Shown piece after piece: positions 1 to 12,440 of a stretch of 64,000 nucleotides of DNA. A model generated the notes under the pieces. The model was not told the origin of the DNA. It saw only the letters and a list, made by a program, of their open reading frames with translations, and ran no database searches. The translations under genes and the position numbers were made by a program. The stretch is from the NCBI RefSeq assembly GCF_001194135.2, contig NC_068988.1:1520954-1584953 (forward strand), read 5' to 3'. The first letter of the stretch is position 1, and every line of letters starts with the position of its first letter. The DNA is from Octopus bimaculoides (lineage: Eukaryota).

Positions 1-499
1 AAACTAGTTGTGACATGAAGATGGTGCCATACCATTTTCTTTAGCACTGTAGCATTATTTCTTCATAGATTCCACATAGCTAATATTAAGGTAATAAGTG
101 GTTGTGGTCATAGTGAGGATGGCAGGGGGCATGTGATGGTAGTGGTGGTGGTGGTGTTAATGCAGGTATGGAGCAGTATTTAAGTTTTATTTCTTCATCT
201 CCCAGACGTCTTCCTTTACTCTGATTCTCTCCCAGACACCTGAGGACATCCATGTAACCCTCATTATTGATTGTCTGATTACACGGAAAGGACTCCTGAT
301 AAATGAAATCCTCCCAATTTCAAAAGACGATTGACATCATATTCGCATTTTAAAGACTCTGATTTGTGTTTTTTTTTTTTTGGTCATGGCATCAAAGAGC
401 CAATCCCTTGCAATGAGTTTTTTTTTTTCTTTCAAGAATACAGCATCCACTCATGTTTCATCACCAGTTTATTAAGTCTTTCATCAGCATTTGAATTCT

Positions 500-701
500 T
501 CTGATACCAAACTGCTCAAGATACAAACTTTTGATTTTAAAGTGATCCAAGTTAAAACCTTCTTCCATCAAAATTTCAATTTACGTTCCAAACACCATCT
601 TAATAATGGCAAAGTTATTTTACTAAATTCTTCATTATTTTCACAATTAATTGCAGCAAAGTCAGTGTAGTTTCACAGAAATATGGTACTAAAATGGTTA
701 A
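500..701 (-). mobile_element. AT-rich MITE-like family F starting TTAA-CC
   Basis: Reverse complement of the ttaacccttttgttaccatatttctg...caattaattttgaaaataatgaagaatttagtaaaataacttt...gatcacttt unit found at 33225-33500 and 41455-41795. Confidence 0.65.
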
Positions 702-1496
702 TGGTTGTTCTTCCCAGTTCCAAACACTGATACCTCTTGTGCACGACTCCAACAATCTTCCTCTAGGTTTGCTGCAACACAAGATAAGCTTCTGTATTTC
801 AAATGGGGTTGATGTAATTAACAAGCCCCTTTCCCTTGAAATTTTGGGCCCTGTGCCTATAATAGAAAGGATTATTATTATTATTATAAGACTGATGGTC
901 AGGGACATCCATACACAACTGCAGTTGCAAGGATGCTCCACCGGCTGATGACTCTGCTGTTTTAAAAGCTTAACTCCTTTTAAGACAGACCCTGTAGAAT
1001 TAGCGAAACAGGAAAATATGCAAATTTTCAACAAGTTTTAATCATTTATTTTTAAATGCTAAAAGGGGAAAATGCAGATATGAAAATTTATTAAAAAGAA
1101 ATCAATGTTTTTGGTTAATTATTAAAAAAAAAAAAAAATTCTAATGAAGAAACATCATGATCTGTACAAAGCCAAATGTCTTTTATTCCATTTTCTTCCC
1201 CCTCAAAGACATGTAACATTTTAAATGCAGATGCATCAAAAGATGCAGAAACAATACTGAAGATAATTTATAACTGCATTTCTAATTTAAAATAATTTTC
1301 ATCATTTTTGTTAATTGCAAAGTTTTTGATGGTCTTCCTACCTCTGACTCCTCCTCCTAAAGAGGAACTCAGTTGACTGGCTTTCTTTTTGTTTTACTCC
1401 TCACTTTAAGGTTTATCATTAACCTCTTCAGTTCTCTGATACTAATAGCATTAATAGTAGTAGCATTCTTTAAATATATACCCCCTCGTATATATA

Positions 1497-1800
1497 GGTG
1501 CAGACATGACTGTGTGGTTAAGAAGTTCACTTTGCAACCATGTATTTTGGGGTTCAATATCCATGCATGGCACCATGGGCAAGTGTTTTCTACTATAAAC
1601 CCCAGGCCTTCTGGATGAATTTGGTAGAATTGCTCAGCTTCAGGCAATCGCACTGAATGCTGGCTTTGCCACATTTGAAGACATAAGTGCTACCTTGCTT
1701 GAAGGTTAGTGACAGAAAAAGCATCCAACTGTAAAAATGTCTCAATAATGTATTCATCTGACTCATGCTGCCATAGAAAAAACAGATGTGAAACTAAATG
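1497..1800 (+). mobile_element. SINE-B head and core joined to a SINE-C-type 3' tail
   Basis: tgactgtgtggttaagaag...ggggttcaat...caccatgggcaagtg followed by gtgacagaaaaagcatccaactgtaaaa...catgctgccatagaaaaaacagatgtgaaac. Confidence 0.6.
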
Positions 1801-2467
1801 AACATAATAAGGACAGTTTTGTACGATAAGACCAAAGATGGTTTCAAATAGAATGGTACCAGAAGAGTATAATGATTAATCCAAATATGTCTGTAATTTA
1901 TGAAACTGATTGAAACATTGTAATATTAATTGGGCTCCCCACCCTCCCTGTATCCCCCCCCCCATTATAGAAGGTAAGGTTGGGATATCAGCCACATCAA
2001 TCTTAGAGAGGTTGCAAAGGTCAGGTGCACTGCTCCTCTATTTCTCGTTAACTCATAAAATAATTTAAAAGAAAAAAAATACAGCAAGCTATAATTAATT
2101 TACCTTTGCATATTTCCCTTGCTCTTCTAACTAATATTAAATCTGAAATTATTTTCGAGGCAGACTTTTTAGATTTAATTTCAAAGTCAGTTTTAATTAA
2201 TTGCCACCGACTTAATAAATTTTAAAGAAAGTACATTTTAATTTAAAGGGAAAATATGCTTTTGTCTTTAACCAGCAATGTATTCTTGAGTTTGTGTATT
2301 TTTGTGTGCGTATGTATGTCTGTGCATGTCTGTGTGGTTGTGTGTATTGAAATATATAAGATCTGCATTTTCTGTCTTCCTTTCTCCTTCTTGTTTTACT
2401 GACATATTTTTCTTTTACTACAATCATTATGATGATAATAATAATAATAATAATAAAAATGATGGTG

Positions 2468-2676
2468 TCAAATTTTGCCACAAAGGTAGCCATTTTGAGG
2501 GACGGGATGTGTTGATTATATTGATCCCAGTGTTCAACTGGTACTTAATTTATCAACCCCCAAAAGGATGAAAGGCAAAGTCGACCTTGGTGGAATTTGA
2601 ACTCAGAACGTAAAGACAGATGAAATGCGGCTAAGCATTTTGCCCGGCGTGCTAACGATTCTGCCAGCTCACCACC

Positions 2677-2707
<31 letters not shown>

Positions 2708-2912
2708 GGGTTTCAAATTTTGCAACAAGGGCAGCCATTTTGGGGAGGGGACTTGTCGATTACATCAACCCCAGTATCCAACTGGTAATTAATTCATCAA
2801 CCCCCGAAAGGACAAAGGCAAAGTTGACCTTGGCAGAATTTGAACTCAGAATGTAAAGAAGAAATGCTATCTAAGTATTTTGTCCAACATGTTAACGACT
2901 CAGCCAGCTCAT
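2468..2912 (-). mobile_element. Two tandem SINE-A copies (tRNA-derived head) separated by (AAT)n
   Basis: Reverse complement of gagctggcagaatcgttagcac (A box) ... ctgagttcaaattcc (B box) ... gtcgactttgcctttcatcc body. Confidence 0.85.
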
Positions 2913-2954
2913 TGCTCTTTTGATGATAACGATTATTATTTCTACTCTAAGCAC

Positions 2955-3290
2955 ATCATCATCATCGTCATTGTTGTTGTTTAAAGTCCGCTTTCCATGC
3001 TGGCATGGGTTGGACAGTTTGACTGAGGACAAGCTGGGAAGCTGCACCAGGTTCCAATCTGATTTGGCAAGGTTCCTACAGCTGGATGCCCTTCCTAACG
3101 CCAACCACTCCAAGAGTGTAGTGGGTGCTTTTTATGTGCCACTGGCACAGGAGTCATTCAGGTGGCACTGGCATCGACCATGCTCAAATGATGCTTTTTA
3201 TGTGCCAGTCAGGAGGCACTGGCATTGGTAATGCTTGAATGGTGTTTTTTACAAGCCACCATATCAGGTGCCAGTCAGGCAGCACTGAAA
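2955..3290 (-). mobile_element. SINE-C with (GAT)n tail and short internal tandem units
   Basis: catcatc...tttaaagtccgctttccatgctggcatgggttggac...cagctggatgcccttcctaacgccaaccactcc. Confidence 0.8.
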
Positions 3291-4194
3291 TTTCAGAAGA
3301 AGTCTGATTGATTACATTGACCCCATTGTTCAGCTGATACTTATTTTATTGACCCCCAAAACGATGAAAGGCAAAGTTGACCTCAGTGGGATTTGAAATC
3401 AGAACATTAAGAGCCAAAAAAAAAAAAAGGCCATTGAGTATCTTGTCCAATAATGGTTTCAGATATTAGCATGAAAATCTATTTCAACAGAAATTTAGTA
3501 AAAAAAAAAAAAAGGGTTCAATGCCAATAAATTGTAGGGTTCACAAGAACATGGCTTTGGCTGCTTGGAATAAAGAACTCGGTGCTGGGGCTGAGTGGCA
3601 AAAATTTAGTGAATTCTTGGTTTTTAATAAAACTTAAACATCATTAGAGTTATTGGCATCAACTGTAGTTATTCAACTGTCTGAAATTATAGAACCAAAA
3701 TAATGGTACTTGTGGCCTGTGTCTACAAGAAATAGATATAATCACTGTTATTGGTGGAATATTATACCATTCTTAACTAAAGAAGGCTGAGAGCTTAGAA
3801 AAAAAAATGTCGGTTAGCTACCAGGAGATTTTCATCCTTCTTATCTTTCTCTCTTTGGGTCACTTCTGGTCCAAACTTATCTGAGATAACCGACCGATTT
3901 ATTTACTGGAATCTCCTTCCAGCTACTCCAAAACTTAGGTATTCACACCTTTTCCTTTCTTTTCTTTTATTTTTGTTTAGATAAATATAAGTAGCATATT
4001 TTCAATTATTATTATTATTATTATTATTATTATGATAACCATCATCAGCTTCTGCCTGTGAATTGCATGCCATTATTTTCTTTGAAAAGAACACTTTATC
4101 TCTCTTTGATTGATTGGTGCCGTTATCACAGTTTCTTTTTGATCTGGAATTGGTAAACAATACTTGAACAGCCCAATTTTATTCTTCTACAAAA

Positions 4195-4197
4195 TCG

Positions 4198-4279
<82 letters not shown>

Positions 4280-4290
4280 TGATGATGCTG
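4195..4290. repeat. Long (AAT)n microsatellite, representative of many (AAT/ATT)n, (GAT)n, (TA)n, (CA)n, (GA)n and (ATCT)n tracts
   Basis: Directly visible; other large tracts include 24200-24310, 35325-35397, 36020-36180, 36490-36750, 45200-45530 and 60430-60490. Confidence 0.95.
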
Positions 4291-4866
4291 ATGATAGGCT
4301 TCAGCAAATACAAGAATTTGACTGTGGTACTACTTTTAGTATATTTAACAAGAATTCTTCTTCAGTATTTTTCAAGTGATCTCTTTTAAATTTCTCTGAA
4401 GAACTCTTTCTACATAGGTGCACTGTTTAGACTTTATCGATTGTGTATTCTGTGTTGGCACTGCAACATTGGTCCGCAGGGATTCTGAAATAGTTTTGGT
4501 CCACCAGTTTTGTTGAGTCTCGTACATTGATCCTTGTACATTAAAAGCAGGGCATAAAAAATGGGCCAGTGGCGACGAAGTGGGGGTGGGGTGTTTACAC
4601 AACCCTATAAAATATAAATAATAATAATAATAATAATAAGGGACATTTTTCAGAAAGTTTTAAGAGATCTAATCTGTCCCCAAGAAGACATTCACTAATA
4701 ATATGCCTCATTTGATCCCTTTTCTGTCTAAAACATTTCCATAAGTTTCTCCTAAACAACCAAACTTGTTTTCAGACTTTCAATTAACCCTTGTTTTATA
4801 CGTTCAGAGTTAAAATAAATCTTTCCTCTTCCTTAAAACTGCTGGTTTTGTGTCGAAATTTGAAGA

Positions 4867-4901
<35 letters not shown>

Positions 4902-4902
<1 letters not shown>

Positions 4903-5024
4903 GGTTGACTTTGCCTTTCATCCTTTCGGGGTCAGTAGATTGAGTACCAGTGAAACACTGAGGTTGATGTAATCATCTAACGCCTTCTCCACAAATTTCA
5001 GACCTTGTACCTATAATAGAAAGG

Positions 5025-5080
<56 letters not shown>
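4902..5080 (+). mobile_element. 5'-truncated SINE-A between two (ATT)n tracts
   Basis: aaggttgactttgcctttcatcctttcggggtc ... gaaaggattattatt; other partial copies near 800-885, 3310-3450, 17435-17552, 52900-53060 and 54338-54520. Confidence 0.75.
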
Positions 5081-5083
<3 letters not shown>

Positions 5084-5084
5084 C

Positions 5085-5810
5085 ACTAAAATACAAATCT
5101 TGTATTTTGAGCACACTTTTGAACGAGGCAGAAGCATGGACTCCCTATTACAGACATATGAAGAAACTTGAAACCTCTCACATGTGTTGTTGTCTGTGCA
5201 TTATCTGCAACACAAAATGGCAAGATATCAAATGTCGAAATCTTAGAAGAATCTGATACTCTTCCGGTCTCCAAAGTTTGCTGATGAGAATTCAGTGCAG
5301 ATGGGTAGGGCATGGTGTTCGAATGAAAAGTGACTGCATTCCAAAAGTGCTTTTGTATGGCCAACAAGTGGAGGGATATTGTGGCAGAGGAAGACCTGTC
5401 CTTCGGTATAAGTTGAAGCAATCACTAAAATCTCTAGAGTTTAACTTGACATCTTGGGAAAGTCGTTGCTTAAATCCGTCTGAGTGGCATAAAATGTGTC
5501 AGGATGCATCCAAGCAATTTGAGCTGAAGAAAAAGAACACTAGAAGTACTAGAACCTGCAACCAGCAGACAAATTTACCCAGTCCCTCCTGCATGACTTT
5601 ACTTGGTACATGCTCATACCAGTTCTCTGTTACTTCATATTGGTATTTACAGCAGAAGAGCCAATGAAGATACACACACACTTTACCGTGGTAGCACTTG
5701 CATTCTTTTTGCGCAAGGCTCTCACATCCACTTCCCAAGTGGGTCACGTTTCCACGCTCTTCCCACAGAGTCTGCATTATTATTATCATCATCATTATTA
5801 TTATTATTGC
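5085..5810 (+). mobile_element. Decayed RTE-clade (BovB-like) LINE, 3' part of the ORF
   Basis: ORF 5278-5667 MLMRIQCRWVGHGVRMKSDCIPKVLLYGQ...GRGRP.LRYK resembles the RTE C-terminal LRWAGHV.RM...PK..LYGEL..G.R..GRP..RYKD motif; HIGIYSRR near 5640 resembles the terminal RIGLYSH motif; (ATT)n on both sides. Confidence 0.85.
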
Positions 5811-6830
5811 ACAGAGATTATATAAATACCGAGTATACCGTAGCAGTTATCTGTATTGATTGTCCACTTCTGCATGTTTTTTTTTTTTCTTAATCATTCC
5901 AATTTTAAAACATATTTACTAAGTGTGTGTCATTAGGAAGATTAATGATTATTATCAAATCTGAAGCAGATTAACTAATTTTCATATTAACCGAGCAACC
6001 TTAATTGCGCACATGGTGCAGGCCTCACATTTGCAGAAACCTCTTCCAAAATGTTTCATGACTGTGAGGTCAAGTAGCTCCCTTTGGAACACTTGGTGTT
6101 TGGGTTCAATCCCACTGTCCAGCATCCTTGGTCAATGTCTTCTGCAATAGCCTCAGGTTAACTAATGCCTTGTGAGTGAATTTGGCAAGTGGAAATTGTG
6201 TGCGTGTGTGTGTCCTTCAAATATACAATTGGATCTGTAGAAATAATTTCCCTTTCTAGGGAAGCCATTAGCAACTGGCTTCTTCCCTCTGCCTCCTTTT
6301 ATATTCGCTGATAATTCTAATTAACCACCCACCCACCCACATACATACATGTCCTTCAAATATGCAGCTGGATACGTTAGCAACAATTATGATTCAATAA
6401 AACGGCCAGGTTTGTTCTAAATAAGGCTTCCTTTTCTGTGGTCTTTATTGTAAAATCTACCCTGATGGATAATTAATATCATATTCCCTCTGTATACACA
6501 GAGAGAGAATATGTGTGTGGCTCTGACTGCACCATAGCTCAATGAGGTCTGTCACTTTCAAATAAAGTGTTGAAAATATTTCTTTTCTCTCATCTGAAAG
6601 ATTCCACTTCTGCCCATGAGACAAACTTATCCAAACTCACAAACTTCTCTCTGATATTTTCACTGACACAAACCAGCATCACTGCCAAACTCTCCAAACT
6701 CCAACTTATACTCTTTGTTCAACCAAACCAAGACAAACCCATCCAACCCATAATTTTATTTTGTGAACATCTTCAGGTCTGTTATCAACTAATCTAGTAA
6801 TGTTCTGGTGATGTATATCTGTTTATTGTC

Positions 6831-6866
<36 letters not shown>

Positions 6867-6904
6867 GTGTGTGTGCATATATCTATATGTATGTGTGTAT
6901 GTGT

Positions 6905-7060
6905 ATGAATACACTCTCGGAGTGGTTGGTGTTAGGAAGGGCATCCAGCTGTAGAAACACTGTCAGATCTGACTAGAACCTGGTGCAGCCTCCTGGCTTC
7001 CCAGACCCCAGTCAAACCATCCAACCCATGCCAGCATGGAAAATGGATGTTAAAGGATGA

Positions 7061-7065
<5 letters not shown>
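6905..7065 (+). mobile_element. SINE-C 3' half
   Basis: ggagtggttggtgttaggaagggcatccagctgtagaaac...ccaacccatgccagcatggaaaatggatgttaaaggatgatgat; similar plus copies near 11020-11290, 26340-26460, 41300-41455, 44140-44290, 55830-56035 and 60620-60840. Confidence 0.8.
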
Positions 7066-7103
<38 letters not shown>

Positions 7104-7970
7104 NNNNNNNNNNNNNNNNNNNNNNNNNNNNNNNNNNNNNNNNNNNNNNNNNNNNNNNNNNNNNNNNNNNNNNNNNNNNNNNNNNNNNNNNNNNNNNNNN
7201 NNNNNNNNNNNNNNNNNNNNNNNNNNNNNNNNNNNNNNNNNNNNNNNNNNNNNNNNNNNNNNNNNNNNNNNNNNNNNNNNNNNNNNNNNNNNNNNNNNNN
7301 NNNNNNNNNNNNNNNNNNNNNNNNNNNNNNNNNNNNNNNNNNNNNNNNNNNNNNNNNNNNNNNNNNNNNNNNNNNNNNNNNNNNNNNNNNNNNNNNNNNN
7401 NNNNNNNNNNNNNNNNNNNNNNNNNNNNNNNNNNNNNNNNNNNNNNNNNNNNNNNNNNNNNNNNNNNNNNNNNNNNNNNNNNNNNNNNNNNNNNNNNNNN
7501 NNNNNNNNNNNNNNNNNNNNNNNNNNNNNNNNNNNNNNNNNNNNNNNNNNNNNNNNNNNNNNNNNNNNNNNNNNNNNNNNNNNNNNNNNNNNNNNNNNNN
7601 NNNNNNNNNNNNNNNNNNNNNNNNNNNNNNNNNNNNNNNNNNNNNNNNNNNNNNNNNNNNNNNNNNNNNNNNNNNNNNNNNNNNNNNNNNNNNNNNNNNN
7701 NNNNNNNNNNNNNNNNNNNNNNNNNNNNNNNNNNNNNNNNNNNNNNNNNNNNNNNNNNNNNNNNNNNNNNNNNNNNNNNNNNNNNNNNNNNNNNNNNNNN
7801 NNNNNNNNNNNNNNNNNNNNNNNNNNNNNNNNNNNNNNNNNNNNNNNNNNNNNNNNNNNNNNNNNNNNNNNNNNNNNNNNNNNNNNNNNNNNNNNNNNNN
7901 NNNNNNNNNNNNNNNNNNNNNNNNNNNNNNNNNNNNNNNNNNNNNNNNNNNNNNNNNNNNNNNNNNNNNN
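7104..7970. other. Assembly gap (one of 11)
   Basis: N-runs at 7104-7970, 9238-9247, 15522-15990, 23131-23163, 25543-25864, 26746-27235, 34407-34416, 39793-39806, 45788-46580, 47531-48341 and 62815-63155. Confidence 1.
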
Positions 7971-8014
<44 letters not shown>

Positions 8015-8329
8015 TGTATATATAGTTCTTTATCACCAAATTCAAATGTCACTTTTCATAAAATTTTCTCCATAACATTTCTTCTTTTTCTTCCTGCTGA
8101 CTTATGAAACTGAGATAAACTTGGTTGTTGTTGTTGCTGCTGTTATTGTAGTTGTTGTTGTTGTTGTATATGCTACAACAACCACAGCCCTCACCCCCAG
8201 TGCCATTGTTGTTACTACCACCACCACCACCACCATCATGATGAGCCTTTTTTGGATTTTGTTATAATGATTTTTTTTCTATCTTGCTACTTTTGATAAT
8301 TTTCTTAGACATACCCACCAGAATACATG

Positions 8330-8361
<32 letters not shown>

Positions 8362-8518
8362 AATGTACATTTATGTCTGTATTTATATGTGTGTATGTAC
8401 ACAAGAACAAATGCATACACATGTATATACATGTAGCAAAACATGACCACCCAGATGACCCATGGTTTTATGTATATTAATGCAGATAACAATCAGCTTA
8501 TATATGTATATATATATA

Positions 8519-8607
<89 letters not shown>

Positions 8608-8759
8608 GGCCATCAAATTATTGATTTTTCTCTTTCTTCAGAGTCGTGCTGGTTTTTCCTTTATCTCCATAACTGGAGGTTTCTGCCTTATTTTCTCTCG
8701 TTAACAGCTTTTGGCTAGAATTGATACTCAGAGGTTCTCTATGTTTTTATCTTTTACTT

Positions 8760-9118
8760 ATTTCTGTCATTGGATGGCAGCCATGCTGGAGCACTGCCTT
8801 AAAGGGTTTTGTAGTTGAATGTATCAACCCCAGTACCTCTTTTTTTTTGCCAAACCAAAATGTTATGGGGATGTAAATAAACCAACCCCAGTTGTCAAAC
8901 AGTGATGGGAGACAAACACTCACACAGATACATACATACACTCATACATATTTGTACATATGATGGGCTTCCTTTAGTTTCTATCTTCCAAATCCACTCA
9001 CAGTACTTTGGTTGGCCCAGGGCTATAGTAGAAAATGCTTGCCATGCAGTAGGACTGAACTCAAGACCACATGGTTAGGAACCAAACTTCTAATCACAGA
9101 GCCACACCTGTGCCTACT
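8760..9118 (-). mobile_element. Full-length SINE-B (tRNA head, CORE-like caccttgggcaag segment, internal CA/TG tract)
   Basis: Reverse complement of ggcacaggtgtggctctgtgattagaag...gagttcagtcc...ccagcatggctgcc. Confidence 0.8.
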
Positions 9119-9813
9119 AAACTTTATATATTTATATAAGAAGTAATGAAAAATTGCAAAAGCAAATTTATTGTTAATTCTAAAAATTTACCGTTTTCCA
9201 CTTCTAGAAATTTCCACCGTTCTACTCCCCCCCCCCCNNNNNNNNNNCCTCTGCTTAGTTGTCTTCTTTATCACATCTATCTCCGTTTTTATACTAATTC
9301 CCAAATGAAGTTGTTTGATCTTTTTAATTTTTTTTTTTACTGTTTTGCTTAGTTTTCCATTGAGATAGACATCTCTGAAATATCAGTAAATATTGGTTTT
9401 TTTTCTCTTCTTTCCCTTGTCTCTACGATAACACCCTCAGTTTCTTTTGAATTATTGACGAAATGGTGAAGAAGATTTCTTCAGAATATTTAACTGCGCT
9501 TATGTCTGTAAGTGTAGAATAAATATCGGTTAGATTTTACTACTGTTAGTAGGAAGTTAACCCTAACCAGAATTGTTGGCTTCAAAACCAATAGCATTAA
9601 TTACATAAACACATCCTATGAGCTAATTAAGCATATTAGGTAATTAATTTGGGAATGGCTGTGTGGTAAGAAACTTGCTTTCCAACCACATGCTTCTGGG
9701 TTCAGTTCATCTACATGGCATCTGGGACAAGTATCTTTTACTATAACCTTGGGCAACCATACCCTTGCATGTGGATATGATAGATGGAAACTGAAAAAAG
9801 TCTGTCATGCATG

Positions 9814-9844
<31 letters not shown>

Positions 9845-10477
9845 ACAGAGAGAATAGATAGGGATAGTATATCTATGCAGGTACAGTTCGAGCACTCTAT
9901 TATAATCCAAGTTATGACTAACTGCATTGAATGGTAAGGAACAACCAAGGATTATCCCAGTAAAACAATCTCAATGTATTTCATCCAAAGGTTAAATCCT
10001 GGATTCACTTCTTTGGATTTTAAATAGTTTTCAGAAAATTCAAATAAAGAGAATTGACCCTAAGGTTTGAAATTCAAATCAAGAATACCAGGTCCTAAAC
10101 TGGGTCAGGGTATATTATTTTGTCCACTGGCCTTAAAGGAAAATATTACAGAGACAGATGTGTACAATTAAGGGTCACAAAATGAAAAGGAATTTACATT
10201 TGGAAAACCATCCTCCAAGTTATAGAATACAGAACAAAGAATTATTTCATATGTGAAGTTTTACATATGAAGAATAATTGGAGAAGGATTATTACAAGGA
10301 TAAAGACAAACTAGACATTGCACTAATATTTACCATGCAAACTCTAGCACCGCCAATCTCTGTGGTATTTACTTCATTAAAAATCTTTCCTAGTGATATA
10401 TTTGCATGATTTTTTGTGTATGCGTGCATGTTTTAGGGCAGATTCCTTATTGCTATTTAAGAACTGGTATTTAGGCA

Positions 10478-10709
10478 TGAAAATAGAATATTTCTTCCAG
10501 GCATAATTAGCATTTCTTACCTCTAAATGACATGTTTTTGCCCCACCCATAATTTCTCATAGCACACGCTTAAGTGAGTCTATTTGGTCCTTAAGGGATA
10601 GAATCACTAACTTTGATATAGAATGGGAAGTCAACAGGCTGGGTAAAACCTTACTTAATTGGAGGTAAGAAATGCAATTTATGCCCGGAAGAAATATTCC
10701 ATATTTTCA
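10478..10709. repeat. Fold-back element, ~46-bp imperfect arms
   Basis: gaatatttcttccaggcataattagcatttcttacctc versus gaggtaagaaatgcaatttatgcccggaagaaatattc. Confidence 0.75.
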
Positions 10710-10789
10710 CATCTGTGTATGCATGTGTATGTATGAAACAGTAGAATCATTGTATTTTAATACCCTCTTTTTTCCTTGCTCATATGTGT

Positions 10790-10980
10790 CGGATGGAATT
10801 TGTGGAGGTGAATTTTCTCTAGCCAGATGCCCTTCCTGTTGGCACCTGTTGTGAAGTAAAGTAATATTTCCCCATGGCCAGACATATTTTTACAGAAGAC
10901 TGGAAAGGAAGAACATTGCTTGTATGACAATAACATTCATTTACAACTATCATGTGATATCAAGAGAAGAAGACAGTAAC
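10790..10980. mobile_element. Recurrent SINE-C-related module with a different flank
   Basis: gatgcccttcctg...gtaatatttccccatggccagacat...ttgcttgtatgaca...catttacaactatca recurs near 17030-17240, 18380-18500, 51400-51625 and 59530-59740. Confidence 0.6.
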
Positions 10981-11559
10981 ACACACACACACACACACAC
11001 ACATACACACACAAGCATATATCTAGATACCTGTGCTGGTGTCACATAAAAAACACCTGTACTGGTGCCATGCCAAAAGCGCCCATGCTGGTGCCTCTTA
11101 AAAAGCTCCCAGCCCACTCTGTAAAATGGTTGGTGTTAAGAAGGGCATCTGGCTGTAGAGAAACCAGACAAAACAGACAATTGAAGTTGGGTTCAGCTCT
11201 CTGACGTGCAAGCACCAGTCAAACCTTTCCAACCCATGCCAGCATGGAAAACAGACATTGAATGATGGTGGTGATGATGATGATATACACATATAATGAG
11301 CTTTCATTTTCTGTTAACCAAATCCAATCACAAGGCTTTGGTCAACCTTGAATATGAGTAAAAATGTAGTGTTAGTTTATGGCCTCACATAATAAATATA
11401 AAAACATTTAAATGTTGGAATAAATTATTTTGCAGTGAGGGAAAGAGATCCAATGTTTTGGGCAGATTCTTTCAACTGAAAAATATTGGATATTTATTAG
11501 TAATGCGGAATAAACGGAATGGAAGGAGAGAGAGAGAGAGAGAGATTAATAGTGAATAG

Positions 11560-11730
11560 GCAGAGAATATTGAGGCTAGATGTTCTCAGAGAAAATGTCT
11601 AATGAAGAAGTGATGAGCCAGGCTGCAGTAAATAGGAAACTGCTTTGTGAGATAAGGGCCAAAGGAGTGAGATTTCTTGGTAATGGGATGAGGAAAATAG
11701 GGTTTGGAGAATTTAGTGATGATCGGTAAT
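11560..11730 (+). mobile_element. Short decayed RTE LINE fragment
   Basis: Translates EKMSNEEVMSQAAVNRKLLCEIRAKGVRFLGNGMRKIG, like the RTE post-RT segment SNEEVL..A.V.R.L...IR.RQL.FLGH..RK.G. Confidence 0.5.
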
Positions 11731-12154
11731 GGTGAACCTATGACATGTGGGTCAGCTGCTACATGTTGAGAGGTTTTTATACATGAAAATGGTGATAAGA
11801 TGGAGAAGAAGAGTGCTTTGTTGCTGAAAGTAAAGTGATATAAATGACTAATTACTGAATCTTCACAAATTCTTCATCCATTTGCTTCAGTTCTCATTCC
11901 TAGTCTTTAGACAATTATGAAAAATAAGATTGGACACTAGAAGTGCAGTGTCATATAAACAGTTTATGAATAAAACATTTCCTCTGATTAAAATAAATAA
12001 ACGCGCACATACATGTATGTATTTATTTTAGTGACATTATGAAATCGTTTAATATTTACATTTCAGGTCTGCATAGTATATAAGAAATGCACCCATTATA
12101 TAAAACTTCTTCAGTCAAAGCATTTCAAAATATGTAAGGGATCATATATATAGG

Positions 12155-12440
12155 CAAAGTGGCTGAGTTCCTTTTAAATGGGCCTCTCTTAGGTGAGGTG
12201 GTTGAGTCCCTTTCGAGTATTGAGACTCATGGAGGCGGAGTGGCTGAGTTCCTTTTGAGTGTTGGGTCTCACGGAGGCAATGGCCAAGACCTTTGGCGTT
12301 ATGTCATGCAAAATCAGAGTTGTGGAAAATACCAGTGTCATGCAAATGGCACCCATGCCAGTGGCACATAAAAGCACCCGACTCTTGCCAGCATGCAAAA
12401 TGGACACCGAATGATAATAATAATGATGATGATGATGATG
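12155..12440 (+). mobile_element. SINE-C-related copy retaining a 5' region, internally deleted
   Basis: Three gtggctgagtt-type units, then ggcacccatgccagtggcacataaaagcacc joined directly to gccagcatgcaaaatggacacc and (GAT)n. Confidence 0.55.

Noticed and set aside
915-991. Minus-strand exon-like segment with good branch point and acceptor (GSVLKGVKLLKQQSHQPVEHPCNCSC)
   Set aside because: Moderate donor, no homology, and phase 1 start does not fit the phase-2 antisense candidates; such pseudo-exons are expected by chance.
7012-8075. Long ORFs of 130-495 aa in the track (also near 15484, 25438, 26582, 45302, 47384 and 62704)
   Set aside because: They are open only because they run through N gaps and (TA)n or (TG)n tracts.
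9440-9512. KKISSEYLTALMS before gtaagt, reminiscent of dystrobrevin KKVTLNGFLDTLMS
   Set aside because: All three frames from the nearest acceptor hit stops, and the conserved following residues DPPPQCL are absent.
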